A stretch of DNA of 64,000 nt, from positions 14,694,001-14,758,000 of the forward strand of contig NC_092674.1 of assembly GCF_964355755.1 (NCBI RefSeq), read 5' to 3'. This DNA is from Antedon mediterranea. Taxonomy: Eukaryota > Animalia > Echinodermata. A program made the translations under genes and the position numbers. Under the pieces are notes generated by a model. It made no database searches and was not told the origin of the DNA. It worked only from the letters and a program-made list of their open reading frames with translations. This document shows, in pieces, positions 13,673 to 25,921 of the stretch (the first letter of the stretch is position 1; the number at the start of each line of letters is the position of its first letter).

Positions 13673-15201
13673 TATAGTTTGTTCGGTATTACTGCAGAAA
13701 CTGAAATATAGTCATTTGGATATGATCCCTAATTATTTAGCATTTATCCCAATTTAAGAAAATGATAAAACTGTATAATATTCCCCTACATCAATGCAAA
13801 CCATTTTGGTCAATATAAATAATAAATACTAAAAACCTATGCCTACTATACTTATCCAAACATGTTATACATTCTTTTTTACACTAAACTACATTCCTAT
13901 TGGTTGTTCAAATATAATTATTTGAAATACAATAATGTTGTGAATTTAAATGTTTTATCGTTGCAGAATGGGAATGATATTGTTTTAATTACCAGTGAAT
14001 CAGAAGATGAGGTAAGTTTAAAAACTGATCAGAACTAAGGAGATTAAGTAGGGGAAGACGGGTTGCCTTTAGATTCGCAATGCATAGCATGGTCAAGTTG
14101 AAAACCTATATACTTTGATTTTCTTTACCATTACTATTAGTTCGCAGTAAATACTTTTGGCAGAAAAAAAACACAAGAGATTTTAATACAGATGATAGTC
14201 AAGATGATACTTTAGGTCAATTGAAGGTTAAGATAATGTTTTTCTAATTTAAATTTTACTAAACTACTGTGCTTTTTAGTCACTTTTGTAGCCTACCTAG
14301 TGTATCTTAGACTAGGCTACCAAAAAGTCTGAAGATGCATTAATTTATTTATTCATTCATACATTTATTCGTGAAGACATTATTGTCAATAAATTTAATT
14401 GAAATAGTTAGGTTGGCAATTGCCACCTATCCTAACTTGCATGTTTTTATAAACAGTAACAATAACCAAAAAATAATAATTATTTATATTCAAGCAAAGC
14501 TAAAATAAACTTAACTTAACTCATCATGTAATGTTATGCTCTATTCATAATATATTGTCATGTAACAGTAACTATCAATATTTAAAATGTGTTTTTGTGT
14601 AGGACACCATACGTAATTCTACTGTAATTTCAAGCAGCTCAGACGATTTACCACCTCTAAGTCTCGGTGATAACAAAGGCAAATAAAAAAAAACGGAAAA
14701 GAAGAAAAACAGAAAATTTTGTAAGTTTATTGATTATACAGTTTTAAATAATGATATATTAAAAACTTCATTCATACTTGGTGATATTTTTGTCACCCTA
14801 AACTGCTTTAATAATATATTTCAGAGTTCCCTCACATATCCAACTTTAATGTTTAAGTTAAGAATTCTTAGTATTGTATTTGCCTCCAAAAACAATATTT
14901 TTTCTTTCTGTAATTGGCAATCATCATCAGGAATCTTAAAAAATAAATTAAAAAATTAGAGTTTAGAATTTTAAAATTATTTTACAAATTAGAATATGTT
15001 TTTAAATGCATGTATTACAAATTCAGTGATGTGTTAAAATAAAGCGAATGTGTGTTTCTTATTTGCTTTCTAGAAAAAGTCCATTGACATTCTGACAAGT
15101 ACGATGAGTGGTTTAAGCTCGGCTGAGTGTACACCAATAAAAAAAAAACCAAAACAATGCAAAAAGGAAGAATGGCACACAGATGTATTGGAAGAAAAAA
15201 A
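12016..15201 (+). CDS. Small linker exons of the MULE gene (12016-12131, 13967-14011, 14141-14226*, 14603-14720*, 15074-15201; * = frameshift or stop)
   Basis: AG/GT boundaries with polypyrimidine tracts; phases are consistent from exon 3 through to the last exon; acidic and basic low-complexity peptides. Confidence 0.55.
12687..13536. mobile_element. pogo/Tc1-mariner-type MITE
   Basis: TIR CCGTATATTTCGGTGTATAAGTCGCAC; TA TSD; near-identical inverted copy at 59413-60265. Confidence 0.92.
13560..13729. mobile_element. Small palindromic MITE (Harbinger-like TTA/TAA flanks) containing (TAT)n
   Basis: GGGATCATATTCAAA ... TTTGGATATGATCCC ends. Confidence 0.55.
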
Positions 15202-15292
15202 GTAAGTTAGTAAAGTAAAAGTTAGACTGCATGGATTAAGAATTTGCCTACAAATAAATAAATACGTAACTGAATGTTATTTACTTTTACAG

Positions 15293-17696
15293 AGATGAGA
15301 TACTAATAAAGAGGGGCTCAAGAGTGTACTTGAATCAAAATGAGGTTGACAAGTTAAAGGCAGAACGAGTAAACAAAGTACCTGATACACCTAATGGAAA
15401 TTTAAGGTATGAAGTTTCCTACAATGAAAACAAACCTCTTATTGGAATCTATGACACATGGAATTGGAGTCGGTCACAACACTGTCCCAGGCGTGAATTT
15501 TGTAAGGGAGGACGACGAACCTTACAGATGTGTGGAGGATCATTTGAATGTAGAAATGTTAAATGTGCATTCAGAAACATAAACCAACATTCTAATAAAG
15601 CAGATTTTAACAGAAGTAAGCATTGTAAACATTGTAATCAAGAAGCAACAAAAATCAAATGCTCTGCCAGAAAGTATGTTGAAAATGATCGTTGTCATAA
15701 CAAATTGACTGTGATTTATATTGGTTTTCATTCCTGCTTTCCAAAAGCTGCTGAAGAAAAGCCCAATGAGGAGGAAGTCAAAGACATTCTAAAACAAAGA
15801 CCAACAATAACAACTGGTCAAATTCAGTTAGAAAAAATTCGACAGGTTTTATTAGATGGTAAAAGTGATAGCAATTCTCTAGAAGATGCGGCTATGAAAT
15901 TTAGTGACACACGTCATCTCCATTATCTTAAAAGTAAGGTTAATGAAAAATCCAGACCAGATGGTTCAGATATTGAAGCTATACGCCTACTTAAAGAAGA
16001 TTTTTGTAAGCGGGGTTTAGATGAAAATTTAATCATGGAAGTTGGTGAAAACTCTGTTTTTCTGTCCAGTGAACAAAAAATTCGTATGGCAGCTCTCATT
16101 ACTCTTGGTAAAATAAATGAACCAGTTAGCCTTGATGGGTGCGAAAGTCTTACAAAAGATTACACAGAAATTGAGCTGACAACATATAATCCTGTTTTGA
16201 GACGGAATGTTAAACTTGTTAGTAGTTTCGTTCCAAAACCTGGTGAAAATTCAGAAAATGTGGCGAGGCTAGTGAGATACTTTGATAAAGCTGTAAACAA
16301 AATTATACCTTCTGTAGCTCTTGAATACAACCTTAAAGCCAATGACTTTCTGGGTAAAGGTCTAGATGCCCATGCCTATGTTGGAGATGAGGGAGGAGCT
16401 CTGTGGTCAGGTCTTTGCAAAGCCAAAGGTAATGATATTAAGACAAAAACTGTTTCAGATTACTTTAATTTTAAGCAAGATATAAATCGGCACAATGTTT
16501 ACTTCAGCTCTGAAAAAGACAAATCTAAATTTCAACAATTTATGGTTGATGCTTATAATGCTGTTACAAATGTTCATGCTGAAGAAGCAGAGACAGCACT
16601 GTTGAAACTAATTTCTACAAAATCTAATAACCCTACAAAAATGATGAACTTTAAGAATTGGTGGTGGAGACGAAAAGCACGTTGGCAGAAGTGGTGTAGA
16701 ATACAATCAAGTAGCTTAGCCTCTTCAGCCGAAGTTTCCAATGCAAAATCTGTTAGTGCATCAGGTTACAGAAAAAGGCTATTGGATGTTGTTATTATGG
16801 AGTGTTCAGCTGCCATTTTAGAGACGGCAGAAATAAAGCGACAGGCTCTTGGTAGAAAAACAATTGGTAAGGGACCCACATCAGCTGAAAGAAGGGAAAA
16901 GAGTGACCAAGAACTGTTTGTTGACATAGATAGGTGTGCATCAGCTGCTCAAGACATTGAAAGACGTCAATCTGAGATACAGGGTGTTGGTTCGATTGAA
17001 ATGGCACAAAATGATTACAGAGTAAATGTTAAAGATAGCCATAGGTCAGATAGAAATAGGAAAGTGCCACAAGCAAGACGAGTTGAGAAGAAAAATCTTG
17101 GTTTTTTCATGAAGAAGGTGAACAATGTTCAGATGGACTTAATGGCAAGTAACAGTAATATTAATGAATTTAATTTTATGATTTTTGACACAATGGGCTA
17201 CTTGGAAAAAATAAAGATGACAAAATATATTGCTACCTGCACATCCATTGGTTGCAAGAGTGGATGTCATCATTTAGTTTGGGTATTTCACAACATTTTC
17301 AATTTTGGAAAACACGATCACTTGATTTACAAAACAAAATTCACACAAGCAGAATGGAAAGAGATAACAAATAAATACCCTGAAAAATTACCAATAACAC
17401 AAATTCCAAAAGCCGTAAATCAAAATTATTACATTAATGTTCGAACTGGATCAAAAGAAGCGAAGTGTGCGATTTGCAAAAGGATACTTCAGTCTGGGGA
17501 CTTGCAAGCTAGTACCACAGGTCCTTATAGAACCATACAACGAAGGTGGATTTCGCGTACCTTTTATTTTTGTCCATGTATTGCTTGCATGTCTAAATTG
17601 CCTAGAAACTCGTACATTAGTACTTATAACTCACCAACAATGCCACTGTACTTTGATGAAAATTTAACAGAATCTCAAAAACAAAGCATTAATTAA
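15293..17696 (+). CDS. Mutator-like transposase, last large exon: GCM-like Zn DNA-binding domain, DDE core, SWIM finger, C-terminal Cys finger
   Basis: 790-aa open frame. WNW..CGGSFEC.N..C..CKHC..IKC..YIGFHSC is GCM/WRKY-like; D in SLDGC (16134), D in VGDEGG (16386), E in SSAEVSNA (16731); SWIM-like CTSIGCKSGCHHLVWV; CAIC...FYFCPCIAC. Confidence 0.8.
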
Positions 17697-19248
17697 CAAC
17701 ATAAAACCAGACTGATTTACAACAGAAAACACTGTTTTTGTTTTGTTCTTTTTCTAATGCAATTTTAAAGCTAAATGTTATTAATAAACTATTATTTTTA
17801 TGCTACAATATTTAAATGTATCTTATCTTTTATGGCAATCTCTCACAATGTGTAATCTTAAAAGTTGAACTAGAAACAATATACATATAAAAATTGATTA
17901 TCTATCTATCATGGCATGTTGGTTATAATAATATGTTTAACCCTGTGTTACACAGTGTAGTATTATGTTTGACATAGAAAGTATTATATTCACTTATTGA
18001 ACTGATTTAATGTAAATATTTGTAAAACAAAGGAAAAAAAACTTTTATTTAAATCAACAATTATATGAAAAATGGTGTTTTATTTGTTCTTTTCATTTTG
18101 GTAACATTCATTAAGATGATTTTGATTGTTTTATAATTTTACAATATGTTGTTTGTTTTCAATTAAAAGGGAGATTTTTCCGTATTAAACACTTGTTTAT
18201 AATTTGTTTAACAGTAATATGCAGTATTTTAGTTGTTCTTTGGTTTTATTATTTTATAAATCGGTCATTTTTTAAACTTAAATTTTGTTCATCAAATATA
18301 GGTCCTACAGTTATGTTATAGGTCTCTGTTGAAAAATGAGGACTACATAGGAAAATTTGGTTAAGTTATAAAGGAAAGATTATATCTTTGGATAAATATA
18401 TATAATTAATGAAACTTGATCAACAGTGTTTTTTTTTCTTTACATTGTAATTTTAAATTGTTTAATCCGTATTGTCAAATTTATACTACTCCTACAAATA
18501 ACTTCCGAAACAGGTCAATATGTTCACACTAACAAATTAGATCGGCGATAAACGTTAGAAGAATACACAATGATAACCGATCTGCTGTTCTCCTATTAAA
18601 GGCACTATGGGCGTGCCATAAATAATCTTGTTTGTTATTGCTGAAATTCATCGTTTTTAACATAAAACCGCACGATTTTTGCGATAAAACTTGGGTTTTA
18701 TTAATTAATGAACAATTATCTACCCTTCTTTGGTGGGTATTCGCAACATTCTGGGCCTCATTTTTGGTCTCGTATGGTGATTATTAGGGCCCTCTTGGGC
18801 TTGGTTCTGAATTACTATTCTGGCAGTCTAGACAGGGTATAGGCTTTGATATGCATTTTATAAGCATAAACAGACCTTTTTTCCCCCAAACTTTCTTTTC
18901 AGAGAGACTATGGGGTAGTAGTAATACTAATACTCTATAAACTACAATATTGTTAAAATATAGGGCCTAAAACATTACCGTAAATGATCTTAATTAGCCG
19001 CGCAGCCGGCCACACGAGCGAATGATATAAACAAATGACACCCTCTGTTGGTCGTTTTGCGAATGCACACTAAACACAGTTTTCGAAATAATAAAATGCA
19101 TAATTTATGATATAATTACATTTTTTTGTAATTTATTTTATATATTATATCGAAAACATTTGCAATATCAATGAAATATGTTATAAAACACCTTTAAAAA
19201 CTTTTTGGTTTGGACTATAAAGTAAGACGTTCGGTCCTAAGTAGGACG

Positions 19249-20919
19249 CAGCCGCGTAACAAGGGGGTCTTGTCAGGGGGGGGGGCAAAGAGGGCCTGAT
19301 CCTTCCCGACACCAAGTACTTGAGCCACAGCCCCCCCATGGTGGGGGCTGTGGCGAAGCGAATTTTGGTAAATGACACCCCTAGATCGTCGGAAATGGTA
19401 CTCTCGCACATAAAATTCATGATAAATGGCGCCTCCAACTATTAGTAGTTGGCCTGGAAATAACACTCCAATTTATTGCACAGCAATCAGCAAAATGATC
19501 GTACATTTTCCACCGTTAAAAACACAGGTGACATAACATTTGAACATGTGAAAACCCAATCTAACATTGGATACGCACCTGGCAAAGGTAGCAATTTTTC
19601 CGGTTAGAAGACTGAAACAGGGCTGTAACCAGGTTTGACGGCGGGGTGGATCGTTAAGTTGTTTAGTGGAACCATACCCTCGAATTTTTTTTTCTCTAAA
19701 GGCCTATGTATGGCCGCAAATCGCATTTCCGGCTAATCTCTTTTGTTTATGAACTATATAATTTGGTGTAATTTCCAGCCCACGAATTTCAATTGCCGAC
19801 CTTATTGCCGACCTTAAATTGTCAGAAGACGGCATTCTCTTGCCGACCACCGAAACAATAGGCTAGATCCCTCCAGGCTCCCTTTAAGCCTCCTAGCAAC
19901 AACATGGTACATTAAGGGATCGTATCATTGAGACTTTAACAGGCATATTCACCATCATGTGGTGTTTAGGTAACAAACCATGGAATTAAGATGATCCCTG
20001 AATTCACTCAACCATTGCATCTTGCACTTGTGTGAGCTGCATGCTTTCTCTCTATACTATCAAGCAGCTGGCTGGGCACGTCACACGCAGCAGAGACCTG
20101 TGTAGGGGAATACCCTTTTATTTCAAGCAAACAACTATGCTCTGTGTACGGCTAGCTCCAGAACCACGATGTTCAGCAGTTATGAAATAGAATTTATCTT
20201 GTAAATTTAGTGTTAGGTTTTTATATCTTAGTTAAAATATACTTTATATTCTTATGTCGATTTATATTAATTAAATTTATTAAGGCTTGACTAGGCCTGT
20301 AGTAAACAATCGTAGTGTTGTGTTAGTATGCCCAGAAAAAAAAGTGGGAGGCCAAGCGGAACTCGCTGTTCAGCAGGGGATACGATTCCCCCGATTCCCC
20401 CCCCCCCCCCCAGGTTACGGGCCTGTGAAAGATTGAGTATTGGAGCGACAGCCAGCCACGAAAGTACGTTCGTTTTGCTGATCGCTAGCGTGTTACATAC
20501 GATCAGTAGGAGTGTATTTTTTTAAGGTGGCCTCACACCCACAGCACAGCGTCACAATTGTGTATGAGATGCCCGCGATGGCGGCTTAGATAAAAGACGC
20601 CAAAAACCACAGTCAACTGACCGCATGTTAATGTACTGATAAGCAGTGCGTCTTCCCACGAGTTGTCAGTCAGGATGTTGTGTATTTCATATCATCTTAC
20701 TTGAATATCATACTGTACTGTACTGTGACTCATTTGAAGCCATATCATATATCGTATATTTTATTCTTATCTTATATTTTCTTTCTTTTCTTTCTTCTAT
20801 CCCTTCTTTGTATTTTATTTTTTTGACTTGTTACCCAGCCCGATCGAACGCTTCTCAACCCGGTAAAATCCGCCAGGGGGGTATTCCGCCCCCCCTGCCC
20901 CCCGCCTGTTACGCCACTG
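19249..20919. mobile_element. hAT-like non-autonomous element
   Basis: Ends CAGCCGCGTAACA / TGTTACGCCACTG; 8-bp TSD GTAGGACG / GTGGGACG (1 mismatch); G/C-rich subterminal tracts. Confidence 0.75.
19618..20425. mobile_element. CAG-terminated MITE with 5-bp TSD, nested in the hAT MITE
   Basis: CAGGGCTGTAACC / GGTTACGGGCCTG; TGAAA on both sides (19613-19617 and 20426-20430). Confidence 0.7.
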
Positions 20920-20959
20920 GTGGGACGAACGTCTCCAGGGCCGAATTTTTTGTTGAATT

Positions 20960-21087
20960 TCATGCCTCGCACTTTTGGGAAATAATAAAATGGTGCCTCG
21001 CATTTTTTGGTGACGGTAAAACGATGCCTCGCATAAATATTTGACTTGCCTCGCTTGCCTCGCGTGCCTCGCACTTTGTTACTACCC
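20960..21087 (-). repeat. Right TIR of the Mutator-like element
   Basis: Six TGCCTCG motifs, ending CACTTTGTTACTACCC and followed by the TSD. Confidence 0.9.
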
Positions 21088-21096
21088 AAGCAGAGT

Positions 21097-24000
21097 GGTA
21101 GTCAAAGGATTACAGACAAACATCAGAGAGATATAAAATTCAAACAAAACATGAATCGAAGATTTACAAACAAATATCATAGTGATTCAGTGTTCCGAAA
21201 AAATGTTATGAATTTCAAATGAGAGGAAGTCCACATGTTCATATGTTGGTATGGGTCGAAAATGCTCCTGTTTTTAATGAAGATGAAGATAAGAAAGTTA
21301 TTGAATTTATTGATAAATATATTTTTTGTTCTGTGCCATATCAAACTGTAGATCCTGAAATGAATGCAATTGTCACCAGTGTGCAGATTCATAGTAAAAG
21401 ATATTCAAAATCGTGTAAAAAAAAGGGAACGAATTGCAGATTCAACTTCCCTAGACAGCCTTCTGAAAGAACATTTGTTATGAGACCTACAATTGTGGAT
21501 AAAAACAATGATGATGATAATGATGATGTTCATGCAAATAAACAAGCGCAAGAATTATTATCGTCAGTAAAAGATGCTTTAACTAAGGAACAAACGTTTG
21601 AAAGTGCGAAAGAACTTTTTAAAAGTTTAAATATTACCCAGAGTGTATATGAGGAAGCAAATAATTGTATAACTACTGAAGAAAAAATTGTTTTAAAGAG
21701 AAACCCTTCAGATGTCTGGGTAAATCAATACAATCCTTCTTTATTGAGAGCATGGAATGCTAATATGGATATTCAGTATATTACCAGTGTATATGCATGT
21801 GTTACGTATGTTATAGGATATATGTCAAAATCTGAACGGGAAATGGGCTTACTTTTATCTCATGCAGCAACAGAAGTGAAAGAAGGAAATGAAAATGCCA
21901 GACAAAGCTTAAGTAAACTTGGTCATGTGTACATGAATAATAGAGAAGTGTCGGCGCAAGAAAGTGTTTATCGTGTTTGTAGTTTAAGATTAAAAGAATG
22001 TTCAAGAAAAGTTGAATTTATCCCAGTAGGACCTAATCCTGTTAGAATGAGTTTACCACTAAGTGTAATTAAAAACAGTGGATGATAATCAAAGTGCGTG
22101 GTTGCCAAATAAATTAGACAAATATAAAGCTCGACCAAATAGTTCTGAATTTAATACAATGTGTCTTGCAACATTTTGTTCTTATTATAGAATATTAAGT
22201 ACATCAGAAATGAAAGGAAAAGCGCAAAGAAAGAACGTATTTCAATTACAAAAGCAATTAGGATTTGTCCAAAAAAGAACAAGGTCTGAAAATGCTATGG
22301 TACCCTCGGTTTCCAATGAATACAGCATCTGAAAAATATTATATGAGTATATTGCAGTTATTTTTGCCATTTCCGACTTTTAAAACATATCAAGAATTTT
22401 ATGAGCTAGGATCAGTCAAATTGTATGGCTGTAAATTACAAAAAGTAAATGAAATAGTTAATAAAAATATGGAAAAGTATGACAAAAGCGCAGACGAAAT
22501 TGAACATGCAGAAGGGGTTTTAGCCAAATTTGGACCACAAGAAGATGCATGGGGCCTATTATGTCCGGAAAGTGAAAGAGAAAGGTTAGAAAATCCAAAG
22601 CCAAATGTAGACGTTGATGATGAAGAAAATGAATTTTCCGTTCCAGATTTTGGGCTTAAAAAAAATGAAACTTTTACAATAGAGTGTAATTTATCTAACA
22701 TTTCAAGACCAGAATTAAACAAAATGATTCGATCTTTAAATGAACAACAACAAAAAATATTTTATAAGACAAGACAATGGTGCTTAGATAAAGTTAATGG
22801 AAAACAACCTGAATCGTTTTATACTTTTATAACTGGAGGTGCTGGCACTGGAAAAAGTCACTTGGTTAATTGTATTTATAATGAAGCAACACATATTCTT
22901 GGAAAAATTATGGAAAATCCGGACGATTTGTCAATACTAAACCTAGCTCCTACAGGAATCGCAGCATATAATATTAAAGGTCACACCATTCATAGTGCTT
23001 TGTCTATTCCCATTCATATTTCACTTCCATATCAACCACTTGGGGAAGAAAAAATAAGTGCACTTCGTAATCAGTTGGGTCAATTGCAAATTGTTATTAT
23101 AGATGAAATATCAATGGTCAATCAAAAGTTACTTTGGTATATCCATGGACGACTACGGCAAATAAAACAAGTGCGTAATGATAGTCCATTTGGTAATATT
23201 TCAATAATTGCAGTTGGTGATTTTTATCAGTTACCGCCTGTTAAAGGTACTTCTTTATATAAAGAAAGTTTGGAAAGCTCATTGTGGAAAAATAACTTCA
23301 CAAAGGTTGAGTTAGATGAAATCATGAGACAAAAAGAAGACAAAGAATTTGCTGTATTATTAAACAAACTACGTACAAAGGAAAAAAGGGACTGTTTGTC
23401 TGATACCGATTTATCTATTTTAAAATCACGTGAAACAGGTGAACAATGTGAAGATGGTGTTCATATATACCCATGCAATAAGCAAGTTAATGAATGGAAT
23501 GAGAAAATGTTGCATAAAACCTGTACAGATAACATATGCATTGAAGCAGAAGATATTATTGTGAACAGCAAGAAACAAGACAAGCACTGTGGTAAACCTC
23601 GAAAATCACTTCAAACTAATTTACTAAATTATTTGTGGATTGCACTTAATGCCAGAGTGATGTTGATTAAAAATGTAGATGTTAAAAAAGGTTTGACAAA
23701 TGGATGTATTGGACATGTTGAAGGAATAATTAAGCCTAGTCAAAACGCTAAACCAATATCAATTAATGTGAAATTTGATAACAATGACATTGGTATTCAA
23801 GCAATTAAAATGTTTCAAGAATCTATTGGACAAAAATACAGTCGTAAGCAATTTCCCCTCAAATTAGCATATGCATGCACAGTTCATAAAGTGCAAGGAA
23901 TGACAATGGATAAAGCATTGGTTTGTCTTAAAAAAACGTTTGCGCCTGGACAAGCATATGTAGGTCTTAGTCGTGTTACATCAATATCTGGACTTAGCAT

Positions 24001-24184
24001 TGAACATGTTAATCCTAAGTTGATTTATTGTAATCCAAACATAAAGGAATATTTAAGCAATATGAATTCATACATACAATGTGATAAAGCAGTTAAAGAG
24101 CTGGCATCTAAATTTTGTATAATGTTACATAACATTGTTTATGAATTCTAGTATCATATGTCTAACTGAAACATGGCTAAATAA
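21097..24184 (+). pseudogene. Helentron Rep (HUH) plus PIF1-family helicase, with frameshifts
   Basis: EFQMRGSPHVH (Rep motif 2), YVIGYMSK (motif 3), GGAGTGKS, DEISMV, GDFYQLPPV, TVHKVQG, GQAYVGLSR; frameshifts near 22080, 22310 and 24140; endonuclease begins at CLTETWL. Confidence 0.95.
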
Positions 24185-24330
24185 AGCCTATTTTCCACTA
24201 GGCGAATTTGTTCGCGCGAATAATATATTTTCGCGGCGAAAAAATTCGCGCTACCTTTTACTTATTTTCCACGCGAGAGCGCATGACTTTGCGATTTTGA
24301 CTGTAGGCCTATGGTGATTAACATTACAGG

Positions 24331-25631
24331 ATGCCGGCTGTTAATTTAAGAAACCTTCTTTTAATCAAAATTAAGTTGTTAAGGCTTTTATTAATTCGAA
24401 GACAGAAACAACGAAGAATAAAATACAGAAAGAGGTTTTGGGTTAGACCGATTTACAGTGAAAGAGAACAAAAAGGAGAATACCACCTGTTAGTTAAAGA
24501 ATTGAAGCTGTATGACGCAGAGTACTTTTTTAGATGCTTTCGAATGTCACCAACAACGTTTGAGGAACTTTTGAGTTTGATTGCACCATTTATAACGAAA
24601 CAAGATACTAAATTAAGGAAATCCATCGGTCCCAGTGAGAGATTAAGTGTTTTCTTAAGATACTTAGTAACAGGCGATGCACAAGTCACAATTGCTGCAA
24701 GCTATGTATGAGTATGAGTCCATCGGTAGTTGGAAGAATAATTGATGAGATGTGTGGTGCTATATGGACAGTCCTAAAAGAGAAAGGCTTCATCAAACAT
24801 CCATCAACAGAGGAAGAGTGGAAAGGTATTTCTAATGAATTTTTCGAGTCATGGAATTTTCTCAACTGTGTTGGGTCTATAGACGGGAAGCATGTAGTGA
24901 TGCAAGCACCTAATAATTCAGGCTCATCATATTTTAATTACAAGAAAACCTTTAGTATTGTACTTATGGCGGTTTGTGATGCGAACTATAAATTTACTTT
25001 AGTAGACATTGGAGACAGTGGACGTCAGAGTGATGGTAGTGTATATGGATGTAGTTATTTGGGACATGCTATAGAGAATAACTTGCTCAACATTCCAGCT
25101 CGAGAGATGCTCCCAAATTCAGACAAAACATTGCCCTATGTGTTTGTTGGAGACGATGCTTTTGGATTAAAGAAGCATATGATGAAACCCTATCCTTCTT
25201 CACATTTAGAAACTGATCAACGAGTGTTTAACTATAGGCTGTCGAGAGCACGAAGAGTCATCGAAAACACCTTTGGTATAGCTGCAAGCAGATTTCGCAT
25301 TCTGAGGCCAATTATTGCCAAAGTACGGAAGGTTGTGCTCATAACGCAGTCTATTGTCGTTCTTCACAATTTCCTAATGAAACAAAATGCATCAAATGGT
25401 AATAAATATTGCCCATTACAATTTGTTGACAATGATGGGCCAACAGGGGTAACGCCAGGTGAATGGAGGCAAGATACCGATATTACTTTGCACGGTGGTC
25501 TACAATCGATACGTCGGATAGGTTCGAACAACTATTCCAAGGATGCTGCTGCCGTCAGAAATGATTATAAAGATTATTTTTACAATGAAGGCGCTGTACA
25601 ATGGCAATGGGGATTAGTTAACCGAACTTAA
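24331..25631 (+). pseudogene. Harbinger DDE transposase (HARBI1-like) with one frameshift near 24705
   Basis: FRMS..TF, GSIDGKHV, YFNYKK, GRQSDG, VGDDAF, FNYRLSRARRVIENTFG, LHNF. Confidence 0.93.
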
Positions 25632-25921
25632 AGAAATACAGTCGGTTTAATATAAAGGAAATCAATACTGTTACATCAATCCGATTTAATTAAAATGTAA
25701 ATAACGGTTTTTGTAGACGTATACAGTATAATACTTATTTGCACTATATAAATAACACTAAACAAATAATTATTTGTTTTAATTACAGTATACTATCCGA
25801 TCCGATTCAATTGAAATGTAAATAACAGTTTTCGTATACAGTATATAATTATTTGCAAAGACGCATTAAATGTTATTAGTAAATGGTAACATTAACAGTT
25901 CTTATGTTAAATATGTCTGTT

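Larger units (their letters stand above)
8517..21087 (+). mobile_element. 12.57-kb Mutator-like (MULE) DNA transposon
   Basis: 9-bp TSD AAGCAGAGT (8508-8516 and 21088-21096); imperfect ~125-bp TIRs GAGTGTTGACAAAGTGCGAGG... / ...CCTCGCACTTTGTTACTACCC; internal DDE-SWIM ORF. Confidence 0.88.

Noticed and set aside
8517-21087. Zisupton/KDZ or Academ assignment for the big element
   Set aside because: The 9-bp TSD and DBD-DDE-SWIM order fit Mutator-like elements better; no KDZ, SAP or RecQ motifs seen
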